Positions 42,055 to 52,239 of a stretch of 64,000 nt of DNA are shown here, piece by piece (position 1 is the stretch's first letter; every line of letters starts with the position of its first letter). The notes under the pieces are model-generated. The model worked only from the letters and a program-made list of their open reading frames with translations. It did not search any database and was not told where the DNA came from. A program made the translations under genes and the position numbers. This stretch comes from Spirochaetia bacterium (GTDB lineage: Bacteria; Spirochaetota; Spirochaetia; SZUA-6; Bin103), in contig CBDAOI010000004.1 in the NCBI GenBank assembly GCA_965198005.1, positions 992,001 to 1,056,000 of the forward strand. Direction: 5' to 3'.

Positions 42055-43013
42055 TGGTAGCGAATCCTCGGGTCGAGGTAACCGTACAGCAGGTCGATCA
42101 GCAGATTGTTGAACAGAATGAAGGTCGCAAAGAACAGGTTGATGCCCGATACCATCGGATAGTCACGGATCGACAGCGACTGGATGAGCTGCGATCCCAG
42201 TCCGGGGAGGTTGAACAGCGTCTCGATGATGACCGAGCCACCCACCAGGATCGGCAGCTGCAGCCCGATGAGCGTCACCACCGGGATGAGGGCGTTCTTT
42301 ATGGCGTGGCGGACAACGACCATCCGCTCGCGCAAACCCTTGGCCCAGGCCGTCCGCACGTAGTCCTGCCTTAAGACCTCCAGCATCATGGTGCGTGCCA
42401 TCCGCATCGTCGCGGCGGACAGGTAGGTGCCGAGGATGAGGCCGGGGATGAGGAACGCGCCGATGTGGGACAGCGGATCCTCGCCGAAGGGAAGCAGTCG
42501 GAGCGGTGGCGCCCAGCCCCACCATTTGCTGGGAAAGATCAGCACCATGAGGCCCAGCCAGAAGTTGGGGGTGGCCAGCCCGAAGATCGCGACGCTGCGT
42601 CCGACATAATCACCAAGGGTGTCCTGGCGCACCGCCGAGTAGATGCCGACCGGCAGCGCGATCACCAGGCCGATGATCAGCGCGGCCGCCCCCAGCTCCA
42701 GGGTGACGGGCATTCTGGCGAGGACCTTCCCCTCCACGGGCGCGTGGCCGCGTTGCAGCGACTGACCGAGGGTGCCCTCCAACAGAATCCCTGACATCCA
42801 CTGCACGTAGGCGATGTGCGCGGGGACATCGAGACCCATGATGGCCCGCAGCCGCTCCTTCCCCTCCTCGGTGGGGGTGCCGTGGACGCTGTCGGCCAGC
42901 AGAATGTCGACGATGTCGCCGGGTAGCGCACGCACGGCAAAGAACACCAGCGTGCTCAGGATGAACAGCGTGGGGATGAACAGCAGCAGGCGCCGGATGA
43001 GGTAGGTGCGCAC
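42051..43013 (-). CDS. Peptide ABC permease (DppB-like)
   Basis: YLIRRLL, QDYVRTAWAKGL, LDPRIRY. Confidence 0.95.
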   Translation of the reverse strand: MRTYLIRRLLLFIPTLFILSTLVFFAVRALPGDIVDILLADSVHGTPTEEGKERLRAIMGLDVPAHIAYVQWMSGILLEGTLGQSLQRGHAPVEGKVLARMPVTLELGAAALIIGLVIALPVGIYSAVRQDTLGDYVGRSVAIFGLATPNFWLGLMVLIFPSKWWGWAPPLRLLPFGEDPLSHIGAFLIPGLILGTYLSAATMRMARTMMLEVLRQDYVRTAWAKGLRERMVVVRHAIKNALIPVVTLIGLQLPILVGGSVIIETLFNLPGLGSQLIQSLSIRDYPMVSGINLFFATFILFNNLLIDLLYGYLDPRIRYQ

Positions 43014-43024
43014 GGTCTAAGAAA

Positions 43025-43056
43025 GGTCTGGGGCCCGCGCATGCGGGCCCCAGACC
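43025..43056 (-). terminator. 14-bp stem hairpin followed by TTTCTT on the minus strand, between binding-protein and permease genes
   Basis: ggtctggggcccgc-gcat-gcgggccccagacc. Confidence 0.65.
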
Positions 43057-43074
43057 CCAAAAGCCAAAACGAGC

Positions 43075-44844
43075 TTAGTTCAACTCGGCCTTGAGCTGAC
43101 TATCGATCCACATGCGCGAGTAGAGCTGGGTGGCTCCGCAGGCGCCAAGCTGCTGCTCGCCGTTGAGGCCGGCGATCCACGGTTGTCCAACGTCGAAAGA
43201 GAGAACCCGCACACCCCACAGGTAGAGGTGCTGCTCGATCGCGTACATGTCGAGCGCTTTGGCGAGCCGTTGCTGCTCGTCACCAATGGCAGCCTCCACC
43301 TCGTCCCACATGGCGTGGAATTTGGGATCGACAACACCGCCGCGGCCGCCAGGGCCCACGCGAAGACCCTCAATAGGGAAGAGGTCCGGGTAGTCGGCGC
43401 CGACGCTCCATAGATCGCTCAATCCCTCCCAATCTTCATTCTTCCGTGCGACGTACGTGGCGTTAGCGGGCGCCTCGATGTCGGCCTCCACCCCGATCTC
43501 CTTCCAGTAGCCTGCCACCAGCTCCATGAAGCCCAGGTCGCTCCGGTCGCCGTTCGTCAGTATCGAGGTCCGGAAGCGGACGCCGTCAGCGGCACGTGGG
43601 TATCCGGCCTCGTCGAGCAGTCGCTCGGCAGCCGCCGGGTCGTAGGAGGACCAGAACTTCTTCACCTCATCGGGCCAGGTATCGAAGGGGTTGTTCCAGC
43701 CAACCCACGACGGCCCCAGCGGCCCCATCGGCTGCCACTCTCCGTAGCCGTAGAAGTAGTTGTCCCGGATGGTCTCGTTGTCGATCGCCATCTGCAGCGC
43801 GTGGCGCACCCGAATGTCGTCGAAAGGCGGCCCATCCTGATTCATCGCTAGGCACGTCTCGCAGCGAAACGCGCGCCCCCAGATCTGTAGCTCTGGGTTG
43901 GTTTTCTGGAGATCCTCCACGGTGCTAATCTTTCTGATCGTCGAGACACCCATCTCCCCGCTAATATCGATCTGACGCGACCGCAGCGCCGCAATCCTGG
44001 TCGCCTCGTCGCCCATCATCAGCAACACGAGCCGGTCGACGTAGGGCAGGCGGTTCCCCGGGTACTTCTCGTCGTCCTTCCAGTAGTTGGGGTTCCTGTC
44101 AAACGTGACCGAGGTGCCGCTGACGAACTCGTCCAAGATAAAGGGCCCGGTACCGATCACGTTGTTGGCGTCGTAGAGCATGTCGAAGGTCTCGGGTGGG
44201 TATGCCCACACTTGGCAGTCGTCGAACAGCTGCCGATGCGTGTCCTCGTACGGCCGCGACAGCTTGATCACGAACGTCAGCTTGTCGGTGGCCGTTACCG
44301 ACTCCATGGGGATGCGCTTGGTTCCCCACGTGAATGCAGCGGGCTCCTGGCCGGCAAACCTGCCGATGGCGAAATGGCGCTCGTAGTTGGCGACCATGTC
44401 GTCGGCGATCAGCTGGCGGCCGTTCACCGGCGGCTTGTCGTGAAAGAAGATGTTGTCGCGGATCTTGTAGATGTAGGTCAACGGATCCGGGTTCTCCCAG
44501 CTCTCCGCCAGGTGGCCGGTAACTATGTGCTCGGGGAAATAGGTCGTGAACGCGGTGAGACTGCGGTCGACTGCCCAGTCCGCGTGCCCCAACCTGTCCA
44601 GCGCCGGTCCCACGACCAGCTGCGCTGCGTGAAACACCCAGTTGTCGCCGTGGTCGGCCGGGTATTGGTACAGCGCACCGGTAATGGTCCCGCCGTACTC
44701 CGGCTTGAGCACCTGCTTGCCGGTGGACGGATCGGTCACGTACTCCTTCTCGGCCGCGGTTGCCGTCTCCTCTCCGCCAGCGGCAAATGCTGCGGTCGCC
44801 ACCAGCGCGAACGCCAGTGCTATCGATACGAATCTGGAAATCAT
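43075..44844 (-). CDS. Family 5 ABC substrate-binding protein
   Basis: Signal peptide, YGGTI, LAESWE, GTGPF; paralogue of 33260-35068. Confidence 0.95.
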   Translation of the reverse strand: MISRFVSIALAFALVATAAFAAGGEETATAAEKEYVTDPSTGKQVLKPEYGGTITGALYQYPADHGDNWVFHAAQLVVGPALDRLGHADWAVDRSLTAFTTYFPEHIVTGHLAESWENPDPLTYIYKIRDNIFFHDKPPVNGRQLIADDMVANYERHFAIGRFAGQEPAAFTWGTKRIPMESVTATDKLTFVIKLSRPYEDTHRQLFDDCQVWAYPPETFDMLYDANNVIGTGPFILDEFVSGTSVTFDRNPNYWKDDEKYPGNRLPYVDRLVLLMMGDEATRIAALRSRQIDISGEMGVSTIRKISTVEDLQKTNPELQIWGRAFRCETCLAMNQDGPPFDDIRVRHALQMAIDNETIRDNYFYGYGEWQPMGPLGPSWVGWNNPFDTWPDEVKKFWSSYDPAAAERLLDEAGYPRAADGVRFRTSILTNGDRSDLGFMELVAGYWKEIGVEADIEAPANATYVARKNEDWEGLSDLWSVGADYPDLFPIEGLRVGPGGRGGVVDPKFHAMWDEVEAAIGDEQQRLAKALDMYAIEQHLYLWGVRVLSFDVGQPWIAGLNGEQQLGACGATQLYSRMWIDSQLKAELN

Positions 44845-45573
44845 GTCGGTTCCTCCGGTCGGGTCAACAGGTGACCCATGTGTTGCTTACTGCCGGCAAC
44901 GCCGGCTCGGGTGGCTGGTGGATGCTGGTGGACGCGCGGACGCCGGTGGGCGACGCGCAGACGCGTGCAGCCGGCGCAAAGGTCGGCCGAATCAGATCGG
45001 GCGCGGCGCTCGCGGCGCCGACGGTAACGGGGGTGTGGCGGCCGCGGTTGGCGCTATCTAGATCGTACGAAAACCTGAGGGGGGGGGTATGACGCACCGA
45101 CATCGTCATCGGTGCCCGGACGCAGCCCTGGCGAATAGCGTCGTTACCCATTGGCAGATGAGTGTCGCACGCCGGCGGACGAAGGGTCAAGTGCCTTTCG
45201 GCAAGTGCAGCAATTCTCGGGGAGCAGCGGAGCATCATAAACAGTACAGCAACATTGGGGGCTGAAAGGTTACAGAAAAGTTTCGAGGGCGAGATCGCAA
45301 GCCCTGTCATAAGCTCAAGCCCTCCGAGTGTGAAACGCGACCATGCCCACCTGTTGGCCCACCGAGTGAATGCACGCACGGTCCGACCCGGCAGAAATTC
45401 TGTAACTGATTGCAGGTGACGTATTTAGCCACCGTCATGCAGCCCCGTGCGATGACCTGACCACCGTCAGCCACCGCCGCTCGGCCGATGCCGCGGGCTG
45501 GCGCGGTGCCGCGATCGGCCCTTCGGGGCCGGTTGCCCGCGCGCCGCCGGCACACCTGCGCCGCAGCCCCAGT

Positions 45574-46793
45574 CAGGGATCGTTCAGGGAGCAGGTTCAG
45601 TTCCCCAGGGAGCGGCTACCCGGACAGCGGCTGCGGCGGCGAGTTCATCCGCACCAGCACCTGGTCCCACGACGGGATCAGGAATAGCCGAAACGTGGCA
45701 CGGACCGCGCCCCAGAACTCCCGGCGCGACCCGAACCCAGCCCGCACCTGCTGATACAGACCGTCCACCAGCTCGAATATCCGGTGCATGAAATAGGCCA
45801 GCAGATTGAGCACGAAGAACGCCTCCGACAAGTACTTGTCACCGTGGCCGAAGTTGTGCTCCAGGTGGTAGCCCTGGTTCTTCAGCGTATCGACCCCTCG
45901 TTCTCGATCTTCCAGCGTGCTCGTCCCGCACGCACGATCCGGGCTACGCTGCCAGCGGTGGGCACCAAGTCGGTCACCCAGGCGTTTTGATAGGTGGTCG
46001 TGCCGGCACGTACGATGCGGTAGTGCACGAAGTTGATCTGGGGACTGCGGGGCTTGCCGTTCAGCGGCACCCCGGTAACCCACTCGTATTCATGCCGGTC
46101 CCCGGTCGCGTCGATGGTGCAGCGGTGGTCCAGCAGCCGACCGCGGCGCAGCCCGTCGATATCCTGGTACAGGCTGGTGTGATCCTCCGGCTTGGCCACC
46201 AGCAGAAACGAGCAGCGGGCGGCGCGCACCTGTTCGATGAACGGTTGCTTGGAGTACAGACTATCGGCGACGATCACCGCAGCCAGCCGGGGATGGTCGT
46301 TACGGATGCGCTGCACGGCACGGTAGCCGGCTTTTGGTTCACAGTCCTGCTTGCGGCGTTTGGCATTCTTGGCGCCAGAGTCATCGGCGTTGTGAATGAA
46401 CCCGGGAGCCAACGGCAGCACCTGCCGCTTGTCGGGGTGGACGATGGCGGTCTGCAGGATGTCGTCGTGGTAGCGTACGGTGCCGTTGTTGGTGGCGGTC
46501 AGACAGCACTCACAGTTCACCTGGTACGAGCTGAAGTACTGGGAGCCGTCCATGGTGATGAGGTAGCGACCGTCGAGGAACTGGTAGTGCTGCAGCCATT
46601 TGGTGTACTGCATGCGCCCTATCCAGTCGCCGAAGCAGTCGAGCAGCGGTTCATAGTCATGGCTGTCGAGCAGATCGCGGAACTGGGAGTCGGCAGGGAT
46701 CCGAGCGACGCCAAACGTAGAGTTGAGGTTGTTGGTGCGGAGTTGGTCCTGGAAGCGGCGTTGGAACTCCAGCACGGAAGGGTCTTGGAGGTA
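45574..46793 (-). mobile_element. DDE transposase (ISNCY/IS4-like) remnant, frameshifted; 5' part removed at the RIT end
   Basis: ITMDGSQYF, KQDCE, VADSLYS, RARWKIENE, LKNQGYHLEHNFGHG; element end at 45574 is tentative. Confidence 0.8.
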
Positions 46794-46938
46794 ATATGTT
46801 GCGGTGCTCGTTATGTTGCGTTCGAGCCGTTTCTCCTTGTGGAGTAAGGACTCCCCGCTTGATTGACGCAACATAATAATCGGCCGCCCCGCGTGTGCGA
46901 TCATGGTCGGATCATCCCTTCAGACAGGAGGTCCTACC

Positions 46939-48042
46939 ATGTTCGAACAGCTTTTCGGATCGGTCGGCACGGTCGAGCAGTACCGGACGGCGCCCCTTGC
47001 GGATAGCCGCCTGCGCTATCTCAGGCACTGGCTCAAGTTGGGAGCCAAACGCTCGACTGCGCAAGATTGCCGGCAATCAGGTTGAGGTCGTGCGCTTGCT
47101 GGATTTGCGGGAGGGCAACGGCAAGGTCCACCTTGCGCAGGTCGAAGCTGCGGCCGTGCAGTGGGCGCTGCGACGCCTGCGGCGGGCGGGCAAGCATGCC
47201 AAGCCGGCCGCCGTAGCGGTGTTCGTGGCGCGGGCGGCGCGGTGGCTGCGCTTCCTGGGCCGCTTGGAGGTGCCACCGGTTGTTGCGCGCCATCAGCATG
47301 TGCCGAAGGTCGCGGCGTTTGCCGACTGGATGCGGCGGGAATGCGGTTTGTCCGAGCACACGATCCACAGCCGCTGCTGGATAGTGGACGAGTTCCTCAG
47401 TCGGTTCCGCGATCAGGATCGACCACTGCACACGCTTGCGATCGCGGACCTGGATCGGTTCGTGGCCGAGCAGAGCGCCAGCGGCAGATGTGCTCGGGTT
47501 TCGATCTGCAGCTACGCAAAACGCCTGCGCATATTCTTCCGCTACGCCGAAGGGCGGGGCTGGTGCGCGCCGGGCTTGGCCGCAGCAATCATGCCGGAGC
47601 GCATGTACCAAGGCGAGACGGTCCCCGCGGGGCTGGCCTGGGAGGATGTCCAGCGCTTGCTCGGGACGACCGAGGGTGAGCGCCCTGCGGACAAGCGCGA
47701 CCGTGCCGTGGTGCTGCTGTTCGCGGTGTACGGCTTGCGCGCCGGTGAGGCGAGCGTGCCCTGTGCCTCACGCTCAGAGCCCCGTTCCGCCCGCTTGCTA
47801 CCGCCGGAGTGCAGGCTCTCGTCAGCCGTCGCTTGCGCCGCCTGGGGGTCGTCTCACAGCGCCGAGGACCACACGCGCTACGCCACGCATGCGCGCAGCG
47901 CCTGTTGGACCAAGGGCTGTCGTTCAAGGAGATCGGAGACCATCTCGGGCATCGCAGCCCGACCACAACGGCGGTATACGCCAAGGTCGATCTCGCCGGA
48001 CTGCGCCAAGTGGCGGACATCGACCTGGAGTGGCTGATATGA
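46939..48042 (+). pseudogene. RIT recombinase A, frameshifted and internally deleted
   Basis: Pieces in several frames: YGLRAGE, then HALRH..LGH..TAVYAK. Confidence 0.85.
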
Positions 48043-48992
48043 CGCTCGCTGAGGTCGTTGATCAATACATCGCTTGGCGGCAAGCGCGGGGTGCGCACTT
48101 CAGGTCCGGCGCCAGCATTCTGCACCTCTACTGCCGCAGCGTCGGCGGCGAGGTCGGCTGCGACGCCGCAGGCACCGAACAGGCGCGTGCCTTCCTCGCA
48201 GGCAACGGCTTCCTCACCCGCTACCGGGCCAACAAGCGTACGGTGCTCGTCGGTTTCTACCGCTATGCGATCAGCCGCGGCCACGCGACCCACTCGCCGT
48301 TGCCTGCGGACGAACCGAAGGAGCCCCCGTCCGCACCGGCGTACATCTATTCGCGTGACGAACTGCGCCGCCTGTTCGACGCCGTGGATGGCTGTCGCAA
48401 GCGAGCGGTGCAGTTGCAGGCGCACACGTTCCGCGCGCTGCTGCTGTTGCTGTACGGAGCCGGCTTGCGGCACGGCGAAGCGCGGCGGCTCACGCAGGCC
48501 GACGTCGACCTGCCGGCCGGGCTGCTCACCGTGCGCGAGACCAAGTTTTACAAGAGCCGGCTCGTGCCGCTGGGGTCGCACCTTACCCAGGTGCTCGCGG
48601 AATACGTCGCGCGGCGGGCGCCCTACACCGCCCCTGCAGCGCACGATTTGCCTTTCCTTGCGAATCGCGATGGCACGCCGCTGGCGCGCACAACCGTGCA
48701 CACGGCGTTCGCCGCTTTGCGCCAAGCGGCTGGAGTGCAGAACCCGGTCGGAGCCCGCCGTCAGCCGCGCCTGCACGACCTGCGACATTCGTTCGCCGTC
48801 CATCGACTGACCTCCTGGTACCGCCAAGGGAAGGACGTGCAACGCTTGCTGCCATTCCTCTCCACCTACCTGGGCCACGTCAACATCGCAGGAACCGCTG
48901 TCTATCTCAGCATGACCCCTGAGTTGCTGCGCGAGGCTTCGCTCCGCTTCGAGCGCTACGCAGAGACCGCAACCGGAGGCCGCGATGACTGA
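48039..48992 (+). CDS. RIT recombinase B (tyrosine recombinase)
   Basis: GLRHGE, TKFYKSR, HDLRHSF, YLGH..TAVYL. Confidence 0.92.
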   Translation: MTLAEVVDQYIAWRQARGAHFRSGASILHLYCRSVGGEVGCDAAGTEQARAFLAGNGFLTRYRANKRTVLVGFYRYAISRGHATHSPLPADEPKEPPSAPAYIYSRDELRRLFDAVDGCRKRAVQLQAHTFRALLLLLYGAGLRHGEARRLTQADVDLPAGLLTVRETKFYKSRLVPLGSHLTQVLAEYVARRAPYTAPAAHDLPFLANRDGTPLARTTVHTAFAALRQAAGVQNPVGARRQPRLHDLRHSFAVHRLTSWYRQGKDVQRLLPFLSTYLGHVNIAGTAVYLSMTPELLREASLRFERYAETATGGRDD

Positions 48993-49992
48993 TACCCGTA
49001 CTCTGGGCCCTTGGCTGCGACGCTTCCTCGCCGAGCATCTGGTGAGTGAGCGTAATCTGGCCCGCAACACTCAACGCAGCTACCGTGACACGCTGGTTTT
49101 GCTGCTCCCCTTCGTCAGCCGCGCGCGGCGCAAACCGGTCGACCGGCTGGCCGTCTTCGATCTCACCTCCGAGCGTGTGCTGCAGTTCCTCGCACATCTT
49201 GAAGATGCGCGGGGCTGCTCCCCGCAGACCCGCAATCAGCGGCTCACGGCCATCTGTTCGTTTGCCCGCTTCGTCGGCAGCCGCAGTCCCGAGCACGTCG
49301 AATGGTGCACGCAGATCCGTGCTCTGCCCCGCAAGAAGGCGGCCCCCAAGCCGATCTCCTATCTGGAGAAGTCCGAGATCGACGCCTTACTCGACGCTCC
49401 CAACCACGGCACGCGGCAGGGCCGCCGCGAGCGTGCCCTGCTGCTGTTCCTCTACAACACCGGCGTCCGGGCGTCCGAGGCCGCGCAACTCACGGTCGGC
49501 GATCTACAACTGACCGTCCCCGGGTCGCATCCTTCTCTGGCAACGGTACGCGGAAAGGGCGGCAAGGTCCGTCAGTGCCCGCTCTGGCCGCGCACGGCGC
49601 GCCTGCTGCCAGCTTTGGTCGATGGGCGCCCTGCCGCGGAGCAGGTCTTCCTCAACCGGCACGGACAACCGATCACCCGCTTCGGCATCGGCCGCTTGGT
49701 CGGTCGCTGCGCGACCGCCGCCTCAGCCCGGGTATCGTCGCTGGTCGGCAAGCGCGTCAGCCCGCACGTGATTCGCCACACCACGGCGACTCACCTGCTG
49801 CGTGCCGGCGTGGACCTCAACACGATTCGGGCATGGCTCGGCCACGCCAAGCTGGACACAACGAATGTCTACGTCGAAATCGACCTTGAGACGAAGGCCA
49901 AGGCAATCGCTCTGTGCGACGCGACCGAACCGCAAGCGACCAAACCGTGGCGGGAGGACACCGGTCTGATGGCGTTCTTGCGAACGCTGTGA
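48985..49992 (+). CDS. RIT recombinase C (tyrosine recombinase)
   Basis: TGVRASE, GKGGK, HVIRHT, WLGH..TTNVY. Confidence 0.93.
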   Translation: MTDTRTLGPWLRRFLAEHLVSERNLARNTQRSYRDTLVLLLPFVSRARRKPVDRLAVFDLTSERVLQFLAHLEDARGCSPQTRNQRLTAICSFARFVGSRSPEHVEWCTQIRALPRKKAAPKPISYLEKSEIDALLDAPNHGTRQGRRERALLLFLYNTGVRASEAAQLTVGDLQLTVPGSHPSLATVRGKGGKVRQCPLWPRTARLLPALVDGRPAAEQVFLNRHGQPITRFGIGRLVGRCATAASARVSSLVGKRVSPHVIRHTTATHLLRAGVDLNTIRAWLGHAKLDTTNVYVEIDLETKAKAIALCDATEPQATKPWREDTGLMAFLRTL

Positions 49993-50085
49993 GCGCACGC
50001 CGTTATGTTGCGTTGATCGGAGCCCGGTTCCTTACTCCACAAGGAGAAACGGCTCGAACGCAACATAACGAGCACCGCAACATAT

Positions 50086-50908
50086 TACTGTCAGGAGCCG
50101 CCGGAGCACGGCCAGAAGACCAATCTGATCGGCGACATGCGGGCGTTTACGGAGAAGCTGCCCGAGAGCTTCAAACGGAGGTTCCGCGGCAAGCGTGCCC
50201 GCCTGCGCCGCAGGTTGCCGGCGGCAGGCGGGAGTAACGGGGCCTACACCGACAGGAAGAGTTGGCAGGAGTCGCTTGGCACCGACGATCGACGGGAAGC
50301 CGAGAGGATCGGACGGCAACGCGGCTGGGAACTGGCCTGGACCGACGACGACTGCCTGGAAATCATGCAGGAGCCGGCCCGCTTCTTCAGGTCACACCCG
50401 ATCCACGGTGAGCTGTGGTGCACGCAGGCGATGGTCTTTCAGCCGGAATCGTCGCGCCTGATTGCGGAACGGGACGGCAGCACGGCCGATACCGAGCGAT
50501 TGGCGAGCACGATGGGCAACCGTATGATCATGGAAGACGGCACGCTCATTTCCGTCGAGGAATGCAGGACGTGGTTCAAGCTTGTCTGCGACTTGGAAAC
50601 GCCCTACGCCCTGGGGCGCGGCGAGGTGATCATCCTCGACAACATGCTGACCGCGCACGGGCGGTCCACGTTCACTGGCTCGCGACGGTTGTTCGCCGCC
50701 CTCGGCGACCGGCCGGGCACGGCTCACGCTACCGCCGGCGTGAACGGTCGCTGATCCAAGTCCAATCGGCCAGTCGGCTGGAACTTGACCCGGGGCCACG
50801 GGCACTCTACACTCCGGCCCTACATGGCCGCCTCACCCGCCGCCACCAAGCGGACTGTCACGTTCCAGGTAGCCGAGCTGTTTCCAGCCCAGGGCGAGTG
50901 GGCGGAGA
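50086..50908 (+). repeat. ~820-bp direct repeat, copy B (5'-truncated tauD-like gene plus Uma2 start)
   Basis: Near-identical to 30056-30873; begins exactly at the RIT end. Confidence 0.95.
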
Positions 50909-51807
50909 GCGACTACTTTTCTCTCCCCGACACGAACCGTCTCATGGAGCTGAACGAAGGACTGCTGATCATGCCGCCTCATCCAACTCAGAGCCATCAA
51001 TACGCCGTGCTCGAATTGGCCGTTCAGCTTCGTCGCTTTGTGCAGCCGCGTGATCTTGGCGAAGTATACGTCGCGCCTTTACCTGTTCGTCTCTGGTCCG
51101 GCAAGGTGCGGGAGCCGGATGTTCTGTTCATGGCAAAGGAGCACGCAGACAGAATGGCGGAGCAGTACTTCGGACCGCCCGACTTGGTGATGGAGGTGAC
51201 CTCGCCGAGCACGATCCATACCGACAGGGCTCAGAAAGCTGCAGAGTACGCCCGTGCCGGCATTCGCGAGTACTGGCTCATAGACCCGAACGCGCGAACC
51301 GTAGAGGTGCTGGCGCTGGCGGGACAGAAGTACGAACCGGCGGGAGCGTGGTCGGTGGGCGAGATCGCCAGGTCGGCCGTACTGATCGGCTTCGAGGTCG
51401 TCGTGCGCGTCTGTTTCGCACCGGCTGAGTGGGCGGCATGTCTCAGGAGCTATCCCACCGGCCGGGCGGCCGGAGTTGTCATGGAAGAAACATCGCAGCT
51501 ACGCAGCTACGCAGCTATACCTAGCGGGTGTTCTCGTAATCGTCGGCCGGGGCGCCAGGTAGCCGCGGAAGGCGCGGCCCAGATCGGGGCTAGCGTAGTG
51601 GCCGCCCACCGTCTTGCCGGCGCGCATGGTGGCCCGGGTGTCGGCGCCGACGCAGTACCCCGCGTCCTCTGCGATGCAGGCGCTGCGCCCGCAGCAGACG
51701 GCGATGTCGATGCCCGCCACGACCTCGCGGGTGAGCACGTTGACCCAGCGCCCGTTGCGGATCACCAGCTCGGCCGCCGCCCGCCCGGCGGCCACGTCCA
51801 CCAGTGA
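50824..51807 (+). CDS. Uma2-family (PD-D/ExK) endonuclease; domain ends ~51420 and the tail is probably read-through
   Basis: REPDVLF, PDLVMEVTSPS, YARAGIREYWLIDP. Confidence 0.85.
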   Translation: MAASPAATKRTVTFQVAELFPAQGEWAESDYFSLPDTNRLMELNEGLLIMPPHPTQSHQYAVLELAVQLRRFVQPRDLGEVYVAPLPVRLWSGKVREPDVLFMAKEHADRMAEQYFGPPDLVMEVTSPSTIHTDRAQKAAEYARAGIREYWLIDPNARTVEVLALAGQKYEPAGAWSVGEIARSAVLIGFEVVVRVCFAPAEWAACLRSYPTGRAAGVVMEETSQLRSYAAIPSGCSRNRRPGRQVAAEGAAQIGASVVAAHRLAGAHGGPGVGADAVPRVLCDAGAAPAADGDVDARHDLAGEHVDPAPVADHQLGRRPPGGHVHQ

Positions 51808-51810
51808 GGT
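51530..51810 (-). pseudogene. ade: Adenine deaminase remnant with large internal deletion
   Basis: DVAAGRAAAELVIRNGRWVNV joined to GKTVGGHYASPDLG. Confidence 0.7.
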
Positions 51811-51924
51811 GGCTACCTCGTGTCACGGTCTGCGCTGCCGCATCTTGACGTCAGTGTACCCCCAATGTTGTCCCGCCAGGGCGGCGCGAGTGGTCTGAGC
51901 ATCGCCAGTGGACCGCTCGGCTTC

Positions 51925-52040
51925 GGTGCGGCCGGGCCGGATGCCCGCCAGCAGCGCCTTGTGATAAGCTGATCATGAAGCCGTAGAGGGCGCGCTGGGT
52001 GTCGCTGTAGGTGCCGTTCACTGGCCACATGCGGTCGTCG
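51925..52040 (-). pseudogene. Xaa-Pro aminopeptidase (M24) fragment
   Basis: RMWPVNGTYSDTQRALY..KALLAGIRPG. Confidence 0.55.
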
Positions 52041-52239
52041 AGCACAGGCGAGAGGTCTTCGATCCGCGCCGCCGGTCAGCGCTGCCGCAGCAGGCCGGCA
52101 AACTCCGCCTCCCGCGCCGGGCTGCCGTCGAACGGATCCAGTTTAGGAGGCGCGGTCCGCAGTAGGCCCGGCCAATCGACTATAAGGAGTGGATGGAGTG
52201 GATAGTGGGTCGCGGTGATTGGTGGCTGGCGCTACATGC

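Larger units (their letters stand above)
46791..50088 (+). mobile_element. RIT (recombinase-in-trio) element
   Basis: Three tandem overlapping tyrosine recombinase genes between perfect 60-bp inverted repeats (46791-46850 / 50029-50088). Confidence 0.92.

Noticed and set aside
44850-45570. Long leader upstream of the binding-protein gene as a riboswitch
   Set aside because: No recognisable cobalamin, TPP or SAM consensus by eye; an Rfam search would be needed.
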